This document shows positions 1 through 8,664 of a DNA stretch of 64,000 nt, piece after piece. The translations under genes were made by a program, and so were the position numbers. The notes under the pieces are model-generated. The model saw only the letters and a program-made list of their open reading frames with translations. It ran no database searches and was not told the DNA's origin. Source of the stretch: Fidelibacterota bacterium. GTDB taxonomy: Bacteria > Fidelibacterota > Marinisomatia > Marinisomatales > S15-B10. The stretch's first letter is position 1. Every line of letters starts with the position of its first letter. Where the stretch lies: the NCBI GenBank assembly GCA_046861655.1, contig JBHIAI010000002.1, positions 32,001 to 96,000 on the forward strand. The letters run 5' to 3'.

Positions 1-1
1 T

Positions 2-394
2 GAATGGACGGAAGGAAGGGCTATCTTCGCCAGTGGTAGTCCCTTCAATCCGGTCACCCTGAACGGGAAGACATACGTCCCGGGCCAGGGGAACAATGCC
101 TATGTGTTTCCGGGTGTCGGGCTGGGCGTGATCGCCTCCGGCGCCCGGCATGTGACGGATGAAATGTTCGCCGCCGGCGCGAAAGCACTGGCGGGAGAGG
201 TCCTGGAGGAAGACCTGGAGAGGGGGTGCATCTATCCGCCCCTGACTAAGATCAGAGAGGTGTCGGCCCAGATCGCTACCGCTGTGGCCCGGGTCGCGTA
301 CGACCGGGATCTGGCAGCAAAGCCGGAACCGGAGGACGTCCTGGCCTTTATTCGATCGCAGCAGTACCAGCCGGTCTACGAGACCTACGTGTAG
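2..394 (+). CDS. NAD(P)-dependent malic enzyme, C-terminal part (runs off window start)
   Basis: The frame is open from position 2 and reads EWTEGRAIFASGSPF...PGQGNNAYVFPGVGLG...IYPPL, the malic enzyme C-terminal motifs. Confidence 0.92.
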   Translation, partial: EWTEGRAIFASGSPFNPVTLNGKTYVPGQGNNAYVFPGVGLGVIASGARHVTDEMFAAGAKALAGEVLEEDLERGCIYPPLTKIREVSAQIATAVARVAYDRDLAAKPEPEDVLAFIRSQQYQPVYETYV

Positions 395-461
395 GGCTGC
401 CTTCGCTGTACTGGGGAATAAATTCTTTGAGGCCCAGGGGTGGGAATGTATATTCTCGCGA

Positions 462-1181
462 GTGATCCCCCACGACACCATTTCCATTTTTGCCCCTCTG
501 TGGTGGAAGGCCAATATTCCCACCGTAGTCATCATCGTTGGTCTTATCGGTGTCGGGAAGCGTCTTTCCCCCCTTAACCGTGAGCGCCTGGCGGTGATCC
601 TGGCCGTGGTTCTCCTTGCCCGGGTCATCCTGATTCATCCCTATCTGATCTCCCTTGGAAGGTGGCGGGTAGAATCGAGCCTTCCGTTGCATATGTGTGG
701 ACTGTCGGCCATTCTGTCAGGCGTGGTTCTTCTCTGGCGGAATCAGCGGGCGTATGAATTCCTCTACTACTGGGGAATTCCGGGTGCTTTCCATTCTCTG
801 CTAACACCCGAGTTCACCAGCGGCAGAGTGGGACTGCTTTTCCCGGAGTATTTCATCTCTCACGGCGGCATTCTGGCTTCGGCTCTGTACCTGACTCTGG
901 TACTGGGAATGAGACCGAGCAAAGGTTCCTGGTGGAGAATTGCCCTCTGGACGCAACCTGTCCTTCTGGGAATCGGCCTGGCCAACTGGGCACTGGACTC
1001 AAACTATATGTATCTGTGTCAAAAACCCCTGGCGAGCAACCCCTTTGTCATCGGGGACTGGCCCTGGTATCTGGTGGGCCTGGAAATCGCCGGCCTGCTT
1101 CACATTCTTGCCATCTATTCTCCCGTCGCACTCCAGTACTACCGGCAGACTGTCCCCGCTACGAGGGCTGTGCCTGACTGA
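462..1181 (+). CDS. YwaF/TIGR02206-family integral membrane protein
   Basis: Multiple TM segments with LPLHMCG, SHG, NYMYL and WPWY motifs. Confidence 0.8.
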   Translation: MIPHDTISIFAPLWWKANIPTVVIIVGLIGVGKRLSPLNRERLAVILAVVLLARVILIHPYLISLGRWRVESSLPLHMCGLSAILSGVVLLWRNQRAYEFLYYWGIPGAFHSLLTPEFTSGRVGLLFPEYFISHGGILASALYLTLVLGMRPSKGSWWRIALWTQPVLLGIGLANWALDSNYMYLCQKPLASNPFVIGDWPWYLVGLEIAGLLHILAIYSPVALQYYRQTVPATRAVPD

Positions 1182-1217
1182 CGTCCCTGTTCTGCCACGG
1201 GGTTCAGGTTCATTGTG

Positions 1218-2429
1218 ATGTCAAAGGGCTCCCCATCCTTCCGACGAGGGCTGACCATCTTCTGGGGATTTCTCCTGGCAGGATGTTCAGACCTGGCCAC
1301 AGATTTTGCCCCCCTTGAGGATGCTGTGTTGTACGAGGCAACCCGTCCGGTTGCGCCCCCATCCTCGGTAAAAAGCCTCACCGTCATGACCTGGAACATC
1401 CGGTACGGGGCGGGCCATATCCCCTGGTTTGGCGACTCGTGCGGGGATCGCGTCATCCTCACCCGGGACGAAGTCATGCAAGGGCTGGAGGGTCTGGCGG
1501 GAAAAATCCGGCGAGTAGACCCTGATATCCTGCTATTGCAGGAGGTGGACAGGGAATCCAAGCGAACGGCGTATGTGGATCAGGTGCAATGGCTTTTGGA
1601 TCACACGGATCTCAACTATGGGGCGTATGCGTCCGCATGGCGGGTTCAGTTTATTCCCAGTGACGGATTGGGTCGAATGGATACGGGCAATGCCATCCTG
1701 AGCCGATGGAAAATCACCGGTTCTGAGAGGATCTCCCTGGATCTACGGGGGGATCAGAGCGACCTGACCCGTTACTTCTACCTCCGGCGGAATATCCTGA
1801 AGGTGCAGTTGAATCTTTCCAACCCCGAAAACCTCTTTGTTGTGAACGTACATTCAGCGGCTTTTGCCGAGGACGACACCAAGCAGAAGCATATCCAGGA
1901 CTTTGAACGCGTCCTCGCCGAACTGGATGAGGACGGATCGATGTTCGTAGCCGGAGGTGACCTCAATGAGGTGCCTCCAGGGTCCGATTCTACCGATTAC
2001 TGTGATGAAGCCCGGTGCCCCGACGAGCCCCGAGATTTTTGTCCGGAAGGAAGCAACTACACCGGCGAAAGCGGATGGCTTGATGGTCTTTACCATCGGT
2101 TCAATCCCGCCGTATCCCTGGATAGCTACCAGCAGGACAATAGCCCCCATTTTACCTACGGACGCTACGATAACGGGTTCTGGGACCGGAAGCTCGATTA
2201 TCTGTTCACGAATGGACGGTGGGTGACCGATTCCGATTCCACTCATCAGGATGCCTTTGGGTTGTCGGATCACGCGCCGGTAAGTGCCACGCTTCGGTGC
2301 TGCCATGATGGGCAGGAATGTAGCAGCTGTCAGCCGTCTTCTGTCCATCCTGACCCTGTCGGTCCTGGGCCAGGAAGCGGTCGCCACCCCTCGGATATGG
2401 TCCGCGGGAACAGCCCACATCCTTCCTGA
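1218..2429 (+). CDS. Endonuclease/exonuclease/phosphatase (EEP) family lipoprotein
   Basis: Lipobox LLAGC; motifs TWNI, LQEVD, GNAILSR, GGDLN, LDYLF and SDHAPV. The 3' end overlaps the next gene by 125 nt (see findings). Confidence 0.85.
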   Translation: MSKGSPSFRRGLTIFWGFLLAGCSDLATDFAPLEDAVLYEATRPVAPPSSVKSLTVMTWNIRYGAGHIPWFGDSCGDRVILTRDEVMQGLEGLAGKIRRVDPDILLLQEVDRESKRTAYVDQVQWLLDHTDLNYGAYASAWRVQFIPSDGLGRMDTGNAILSRWKITGSERISLDLRGDQSDLTRYFYLRRNILKVQLNLSNPENLFVVNVHSAAFAEDDTKQKHIQDFERVLAELDEDGSMFVAGGDLNEVPPGSDSTDYCDEARCPDEPRDFCPEGSNYTGESGWLDGLYHRFNPAVSLDSYQQDNSPHFTYGRYDNGFWDRKLDYLFTNGRWVTDSDSTHQDAFGLSDHAPVSATLRCCHDGQECSSCQPSSVHPDPVGPGPGSGRHPSDMVRGNSPHPS

Positions 2430-3135
2430 GAAAAGGTGGGAAATAGGTCTGTTCCAGCCTCTTAGAGTGGGCGCGACCAGCCGCCTGGAGTGGTCCGTTC
2501 ACCCCATCTGGTTTCTTCAGATTCCCAATGTAAGAGTCAAGGCGGCTCACACCGTACGGATGGGGTGGCACGTGGCCAGCCGGCACAGTGTGGTGTATCC
2601 CACCCCACTGCTGAGACGACTCCAGAAAAAGGGATTCGGCATCCAGGCCCTTGCGGACATCGATTTCGGTGGTATCATCACCGCCGATCCTGACGTAGGG
2701 GATATCCCCCACATGATTCTATCCCGGCATGAGATCATGGCCACGGGTGGGTTCGGTTCTGCCGCTCTGGTTACCATCAAAGGGGGAATCGCTCTGGCCC
2801 TGAGGAGCGGCCAACTGGATGGTCGCACCACTATTGACCTTCCCATCGTGTTCCCCCGCCTGGGGGTTCTTCATAACGGCTTCGGATTGAATGCTGGCGT
2901 GGACGTTATCCGGCCCCTGATTCCGGGGTTGGACACTCTTGTCGACGGCGATCTTCTTTTCCTTCCTGGGGCAAAAGAGGGGACGGCCTTCGAACACAAG
3001 GGACTTCTAATCTGGACCAAGAGCGGCCGGTTTCAGCTTATGGTGGGGTACAAACTTGTCTTCGGGGAATATCCCTTTGGCACCCAGTGGCACCTGTTTC
3101 CTCTGTTCGATCTTCAGTGGGGATGGTCCAGGTAA
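2305..3135 (+). CDS. Secreted hypothetical protein, probable outer-membrane beta-barrel
   Basis: N-terminal signal peptide, amphipathic beta-strand pattern, C-terminus LFDLQWGWSR. Confidence 0.55.
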   Translation: MMGRNVAAVSRLLSILTLSVLGQEAVATPRIWSAGTAHILPEKRWEIGLFQPLRVGATSRLEWSVHPIWFLQIPNVRVKAAHTVRMGWHVASRHSVVYPTPLLRRLQKKGFGIQALADIDFGGIITADPDVGDIPHMILSRHEIMATGGFGSAALVTIKGGIALALRSGQLDGRTTIDLPIVFPRLGVLHNGFGLNAGVDVIRPLIPGLDTLVDGDLLFLPGAKEGTAFEHKGLLIWTKSGRFQLMVGYKLVFGEYPFGTQWHLFPLFDLQWGWSR

Positions 3136-3145
3136 GGTCAAAGTC

Positions 3146-4036
3146 ATGAAACGGCTCTTTGTGGCAGTCAATCCATCCGGAGGAACGAAACGGGGCCGCA
3201 GGATTCTGAGTGAGGTCAGACCTGTGTTTGACGCAGAGGGCGCGGTTTTGACGGTCCTGGAGACGGAATACCCTGGTCATATGGCCGAGATCGTTCATTC
3301 TCTGGATCTGAATGAATATGATGGTTTCTGCATGATCGGGGGCGACGGCACCCTGCATGAATTGGTGAACGGCCTGTTGAGCCGGGAAGACGGGGCCACA
3401 ATCCCCGTCGGGTGTATTCCGGGGGGAACGGGCAATTCCTTTATGCATCATCTCGATTGCCTGGATGCGATGACTGCGGCCAGAAAGATCGTGGAGGGAC
3501 GTACCAAACCCATCGATGTGGCCAGGGTAGTCATGGGGAAGGAAACGGTCTACTGTTTCAACATTGTGGGATGGGGAATCGTCACGGACATTAACCGGAT
3601 GGCGGAAGGGATGCGATGGATGGGTGAGAGCCGGTACAGCGTGAGTACCCTTGCCCACGTTGCGAAACTCAAGCGCCGCAAGGCGACGGTCGTCCTGGAT
3701 GGAGAGGAACGGCAGGATAAATTTGTCTTTGTTATAGGATGCAATACCCGGTACACGGGAAAGGGGATGCTCCTCGCACCCCATGCCCGGATCGGCGACG
3801 GGCGGATAGACGTGGTGCTCATCCGGGACGCCAGTCGATGGGAATTGCTAAAGATGTTTCCCAAGGTGTTTGATGGTTCTCACCTCGATTTTCCCTTTGT
3901 GGAGTACCATCAGGCACGCACCTTTTCTGTGACGCCGTCGGAAGACGAGGCCCTCAACCTGGACGGAGAGCTCAAGGGAACGACTCCCTTCACGGTGGAA
4001 ATGGTACAGGGGGCGTTCGAGGTGTTTTCATCGTAG
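3146..4036 (+). CDS. Diacylglycerol/sphingosine kinase family lipid kinase (YegS/BmrU-like)
   Basis: NPSGG, GGDGTLHELVNG, PGGTGN and LDGE motifs; ATG at 3146. Confidence 0.9.
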   Translation: MKRLFVAVNPSGGTKRGRRILSEVRPVFDAEGAVLTVLETEYPGHMAEIVHSLDLNEYDGFCMIGGDGTLHELVNGLLSREDGATIPVGCIPGGTGNSFMHHLDCLDAMTAARKIVEGRTKPIDVARVVMGKETVYCFNIVGWGIVTDINRMAEGMRWMGESRYSVSTLAHVAKLKRRKATVVLDGEERQDKFVFVIGCNTRYTGKGMLLAPHARIGDGRIDVVLIRDASRWELLKMFPKVFDGSHLDFPFVEYHQARTFSVTPSEDEALNLDGELKGTTPFTVEMVQGAFEVFSS

Positions 4037-4083
4037 TTTGGGATCCGTGGATTCCTCTGTAATTTAGGGCACTGTTTCCAACC

Positions 4084-5064
4084 ATGAGCCGAATCCTCCC
4101 TATTCTGGTTTTGACCCAGGCCCTTTCGGGTCAGGATTGGGACATTGTCCTTAGCTCCGGAGAGGAACTCACGGGCCTTGACCTCCAGTGGGTAAAGCGG
4201 GACTCGCTTGTGGTGGGACTGGATGGTGCTTCCCAGGACACCCAGAGGACCCTTCCCATCAGCCACATTCATGAATTGCGGCGTGTCACCGTAGAGAAGT
4301 CTGGAAGGGATCTGGCCAAACGGGCGGCGTTAACCCTTGCTGGCAGTGTCGTCGGGTACGGTGTGGGCAGTTTGTTCTACCGGTTGGCTCTTCCCTGGCT
4401 TTCGAACGGGAATGACGATGAGGACGGTCCTGAGCTTCGAAACGTGTTTGTCTACTCGTCGGCCCTGGTGGGGCTAATGCACGGGAAGAATTGGCCCCTG
4501 GCAGGAAGCCCGGACACGGTGGTTTATGTCCTGGAGGGCACAAGCCCGTCCCAGGATCTAAGGACAGTACGCCGGCTGACGGCACCGGAGGAGCCCCGGT
4601 TCTTCGCATGGTTAGGGAGAATGGGAAACTATCTGACGGGACTGGAGTGGTATGAATGGGAGGTGACCCTGACGTCGGGACAGGTGTACAGCCACACCAA
4701 TCTGGTGGGTCTGGCGGGAGACTCGCTGCGGTTTCACGCGAGTCCCGGATCCTACCGGATTCCCGTCAGGGCGATACGGAGGGTGACCAGAAACGTTTCC
4801 TGGGGCCGGTACCTCCCCCCTGTCCTGGGCGGTCTGCTGGGTATCTACGGAGGTGGGGTCGTGGGAAGGGTTATGTCGGACAAGATTCTCGAATTGCCTG
4901 CTGGATCTCCTGTGAAACCCTTTCCCGTGGTAGCGGGTGGCATTCTGGGGACGGCAGCGGGTGCCCGTTATGTTCACGGATCCGGAGATCTGTACGATCT
5001 CTCCGGTTTGACAGATGAGGAAAAGGCCGGAGTACTTAAGAGATATGTCCTATCCGGTCCATGA
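4084..5064 (+). CDS. Secreted/membrane hypothetical protein with an internal tandem duplication
   Basis: Signal peptide followed by two similar halves, each a small beta domain plus Gly-rich hydrophobic helices. Confidence 0.6.
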   Translation: MSRILPILVLTQALSGQDWDIVLSSGEELTGLDLQWVKRDSLVVGLDGASQDTQRTLPISHIHELRRVTVEKSGRDLAKRAALTLAGSVVGYGVGSLFYRLALPWLSNGNDDEDGPELRNVFVYSSALVGLMHGKNWPLAGSPDTVVYVLEGTSPSQDLRTVRRLTAPEEPRFFAWLGRMGNYLTGLEWYEWEVTLTSGQVYSHTNLVGLAGDSLRFHASPGSYRIPVRAIRRVTRNVSWGRYLPPVLGGLLGIYGGGVVGRVMSDKILELPAGSPVKPFPVVAGGILGTAAGARYVHGSGDLYDLSGLTDEEKAGVLKRYVLSGP

Positions 5065-5161
5065 TCTGCCATGTCCACGGGTAGGCTTCCGGCCAGCCAC
5101 GTCAAAGATGTTCATTTCCCGATTGGATTGTTCTCGTTAAATTAATTGCTCTTTCAGCGTC

Positions 5162-5986
5162 ATGTATCTGGACAAAGAACCCATAGATTTTGAGGCGGAC
5201 GTGATCGAGGCAAGCCGTTCCCGGCCCGTGGTGGTGGATTTCTGGGCTGAGTGGTGTGCGCCCTGCCGGATCTTGAGTCCGGAGCTTGAGAAACTGGCGA
5301 ACGACGCCGGCGATGCCTGGACCCTGGTCAAAGTGAACACGGAGCTCCAGCCCGATCTGGCGGTTCAGTTCCAGATTCGCGGGATTCCTGCGGTCAAAAT
5401 GATCATTTCGGGCAACATCGTGGGAGAGTTTGTTGGTGCCCTTCCAGAAACTCAGATTCGTCAGTGGCTTGAGCATAATCTGCCCAGTGCTACCAGGGAT
5501 GCGGTGCAAGTGGCAGAGGCAGCCCTGGAAAAAGGGGACACCTATACGGCCATGTTGAAAGTCCGGCAAGTTCTGGAAAGCGAAGACGCGGATGCAGATG
5601 TTAGGAAGCGGGCCACGGTGATCCTGGCGGAAGCAAGTCTCACCACAGATCCGGAACAAAGCCGGAACCTCGCCCGGCGGTTTGAGGTGGGGGACCCCTT
5701 CTACGACCGGGCCCGGGCGGTGCTGGACAGGTATGAACTGGAGCACGGGAACCTCCCTGAAAACGGCAATTCGAAGGCGGCCAGGCTTTATGTGGAGGGA
5801 GTACGGACCTGGCGGGAAGGGGATCCGGAGAGCGCACTGGACAAACTCATCCAATCCGTGCAGGAGGACCGCAGCTTTCTTGACGACGCTGCCCGCAAGG
5901 CCATTATTGCCATTTTCGGAATCCTGGGCGAGGACCACGAGATTACCCGCAAGTACCGGCCCCGGTTCGCCTCCGCCATCTTCTGA
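5162..5986 (+). CDS. Thioredoxin-TPR chaperedoxin (CnoX/YbbN family)
   Basis: VDFWAEWCAPC thioredoxin domain plus helical TPR-like C-terminus ending YRPRFASAIF. Confidence 0.88.
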   Translation: MYLDKEPIDFEADVIEASRSRPVVVDFWAEWCAPCRILSPELEKLANDAGDAWTLVKVNTELQPDLAVQFQIRGIPAVKMIISGNIVGEFVGALPETQIRQWLEHNLPSATRDAVQVAEAALEKGDTYTAMLKVRQVLESEDADADVRKRATVILAEASLTTDPEQSRNLARRFEVGDPFYDRARAVLDRYELEHGNLPENGNSKAARLYVEGVRTWREGDPESALDKLIQSVQEDRSFLDDAARKAIIAIFGILGEDHEITRKYRPRFASAIF

Positions 5987-6095
5987 TATCTGGCTCCAAC
6001 GGTGGGGCCATCATCTGGCCCTGGCTTCTGCACTGGTTCATGGTGCGGGGGCTCGATGTTTTCGTTCCGGTGATTCCCTGAGAAAGGAGGCGGCT

Positions 6096-7079
6096 ATGAC
6101 AAAACCTGTATCAGCCATTGTCCCAATGGTCCTGTTAGGGGGAACGGCGGCCCTGGGTCAGGAACTTCCTGTCCGCCCTGTTCCCACCTATTCAATTGTG
6201 GCGTTGGATTCGCAAACGGGCCAGCTGGGAGTTGCGGTACAAAGTCACTGGTTTTCCGTCGGTACGGTCGTACCCTGGGCTCGGGCTGGCGTGGGTGCGG
6301 TGGCCACGCAGTCGTTCGCCAGGATTGATTACGGACCTGACGGTCTGGGTCTCATGGAGGAGGGGATGACGGCGGAGGAGGCCCTGGTCCGGCTGATAGA
6401 CCAGGATCGTGGCCAGGAGGTACGGCAGGTGGCCATGGTAGATATCGATGGAAACGTGGCGGTCCACACAGGTCTCCGCTGTATTGAAGCTGCCGGACAC
6501 CAGACGGGCAAGGGGTACTCCGTTCAGGCCAATCTCATGGGCAGTCCCACGGTGTGGCCTGCCATGGCGAAGGCATTTGAATCGGCACAGGGCGATCTCG
6601 CCAGCCGGATGCTGGCTGCCCTGGAGGCCGCGGAAAAGGAAGGGGGAGACATCCGGGGTCGTCAGTCCGCAGCCATGCTGATTGTCACCGGGGAGCCCAC
6701 AGGGGTACCCTGGAAGGATGTGATCCTGGACCTCCGGGTTGATGACGATCCTGATCCCCTGGGGGAGCTCAGGCGATTGATCCGGATTCACCGGGCCTAT
6801 GAGCACGCTAACCGTGGGGATGCACGGCTCGAAAAGGATGACGTAGAAGGGGCGCTGGAGGAGTACAGGAAAGCAGCGGAGCTGTATCCTGAGAATCCGG
6901 AGCTTCCTTTCTGGACCGCTGTGACCCTGGCGGACGGGGGGAGACTCCCGGAAGCCCTCCCCGTGTTCAAGACTGTCTTTTCCACGGACTCCCGTTGGAG
7001 GGAGCTGGTTCCCAGATTGGTGAAGTCGAAACTACTTCCCGATGATCCTCAAGTCATAGAGGCTATTGTCAACCAGTAG
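6096..7079 (+). CDS. DUF1028 family (Ntn-hydrolase-like) protein with C-terminal TPR
   Basis: RBS AAGGAGG before ATG 6096; signal peptide; TYSIVA, GVGAVATQ, GGDIRGRQSAA and DLRVDD motifs. Confidence 0.85.
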   Translation: MTKPVSAIVPMVLLGGTAALGQELPVRPVPTYSIVALDSQTGQLGVAVQSHWFSVGTVVPWARAGVGAVATQSFARIDYGPDGLGLMEEGMTAEEALVRLIDQDRGQEVRQVAMVDIDGNVAVHTGLRCIEAAGHQTGKGYSVQANLMGSPTVWPAMAKAFESAQGDLASRMLAALEAAEKEGGDIRGRQSAAMLIVTGEPTGVPWKDVILDLRVDDDPDPLGELRRLIRIHRAYEHANRGDARLEKDDVEGALEEYRKAAELYPENPELPFWTAVTLADGGRLPEALPVFKTVFSTDSRWRELVPRLVKSKLLPDDPQVIEAIVNQ

Positions 7080-7293
7080 GAAACCAGACTCCCCTGTTAT
7101 CACTTGCCCGTCCTGCGCAGATACTCACAGACGGTCCGGTGCACCCACCGTGTGCCATTGTGGTCATCCCCTTGAGGTGAGGCTCACCTGGGAGGGCGAC
7201 CCTCCCGCCCGGAAATCTGTCGATTCCGGTTTTTCTTCCCTCTGGCGGTACCGGTCCGTCTTGCCCCCTCTTGATAAACAGGGGATCTCCTCC
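7066..7293 (+). pseudogene. Truncated N-terminal fragment of a threonine-synthase-like gene
   Basis: CPSC-x12-CHCGHPLEV zinc ribbon and SLWRYRSVLP match the ThrC N-terminus. Similarity ends at 'GISS', where LGEGxTPL and the PLP domain should follow. Confidence 0.6.
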
Positions 7294-7351
7294 ACGGCCC
7301 GGGTGCCTGTGTGCCCCAGGTCACGTCAGGGCAGGCCGCACTGTTTGTACT

Positions 7352-7379
7352 TTGATGTTCACCGGAGTTGGGGTAAACT
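7352..7379 (+). promoter_or_regulatory. Possible sigma70-type promoter for the 7435-13051 operon
   Basis: TTGATG-16 nt-TAAACT, about 55 nt upstream of ATG 7435. Confidence 0.35.
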
Positions 7380-7434
7380 TGAATTGCTTGCGACCAAAGC
7401 GTCTTTTCCACTTTGAATCCCTTTGAGGTCAACT

Positions 7435-8664
7435 ATGTCACCTAACTGGAGAATGTCCGTCACAGCCCTTGTTCTTTTCTTGTCAAGCCTCTCTTCCCAG
7501 ACGGTTAGCTTGACGGGCACGTTCAATCGGTTCATCACCTATTATGTGAGCTCCGTCGATATCAACACGGGTGCATCGGACGTACAGCTGTTCGATTACC
7601 TCCTGGAATGTGTGGACTGTACCGTGGAGGATGGAGAGTATACGGAGCCGGTGTCCATGGACATAGAGTTCAGGATTTCAATGAAGTCTCCAGCCCTGGG
7701 GATACCCGAGGAGGAGACCATCTTGAGGCTTGGCACGAGCGAACTCGTCGTCATGCGGGCTCCCATTCCTCTGGACAGCCGGGATTTTTCGGTAGGAGAC
7801 CTGGACTTTTTCGATGTAAACGGGAATCCGGTCCCTGTGAGTATCCGGATGGAGGAAAATCTTGATTTCGGGCGATTTCAGGATATGTTCAGCGTCATCC
7901 TTCAAAGCGGCCGGCTGCCCGATGGGATTTACCGTTTCACGGTTACCATCGAGGTGGAAGGGGGAACGGGAGATGTACTGGAGGAAGTCATCAATGTCAC
8001 TACCCCCACCACGCTGCAGCTCACCTCTCCCGGTGGTGATTTCCAGAACCTGGATCAATCCGAAATCTACACCCTTTATCCTGTTTTTCAGTGGGAGTCG
8101 GAAATGTTTTCTCCCGCCTGGATCCAGAATTGCGAGGAGTGCGGATTCTTTATCCGGGTAGCCGAATTCCGGTGTCAGGACCATAGCACGCCAGAAGAGG
8201 CCATTGAGGAGGTAACGGTTCTTCCTCTGGATCAGGCCGCTGGCTGGCAACTCGTGGGTGACCAGGACGAAAACGGTGTATGGGAACCAGAAGAGGTCGG
8301 CGGGAATCAATTGAGTTTTATGTATCCCACCACGGGAGCGGTGGACCTTACTGCTGGAAGCATCTATGTATGGCAGGTTCAAAAACGGATCTCAACCACC
8401 GAAGGGGTGGAGGTGATCAACAGTCCCATATATGCCTTTCAAATTAAGGAAACCACGGTCGATCCGGTGCTTCAAGCCTTGGGTGAGATTCTTCCGGAAG
8501 AGATGCTGGAGAGTTACCTGACGCCGTGCGGTCCTCTCACGGGTTTCAGTCCCAGCGGTACCGTGAAGCTCGACGGTGAGGATGTGGATGCGACATCTCT
8601 CAACGAGCTGGTTGAGCAGTTCAGGCAGGGGAACCGTACTCTCATTTCGACTGAGGTTCGGTGA
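7435..8664 (+). CDS. Secreted acidic beta-rich hypothetical protein (Ig/FN3-like domains likely)
   Basis: Signal peptide ending LSS-Q; PVFQW and YVWQV motifs typical of FN3-like folds; coupled to the next gene. Confidence 0.6.
   Translation: MSPNWRMSVTALVLFLSSLSSQTVSLTGTFNRFITYYVSSVDINTGASDVQLFDYLLECVDCTVEDGEYTEPVSMDIEFRISMKSPALGIPEEETILRLGTSELVVMRAPIPLDSRDFSVGDLDFFDVNGNPVPVSIRMEENLDFGRFQDMFSVILQSGRLPDGIYRFTVTIEVEGGTGDVLEEVINVTTPTTLQLTSPGGDFQNLDQSEIYTLYPVFQWESEMFSPAWIQNCEECGFFIRVAEFRCQDHSTPEEAIEEVTVLPLDQAAGWQLVGDQDENGVWEPEEVGGNQLSFMYPTTGAVDLTAGSIYVWQVQKRISTTEGVEVINSPIYAFQIKETTVDPVLQALGEILPEEMLESYLTPCGPLTGFSPSGTVKLDGEDVDATSLNELVEQFRQGNRTLISTEVR

Noticed and set aside
5682..6095. N-terminal extension of the DUF1028 ORF
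   Set aside because: Overlaps the thioredoxin gene out of frame; a strong RBS and signal peptide start at 6096.
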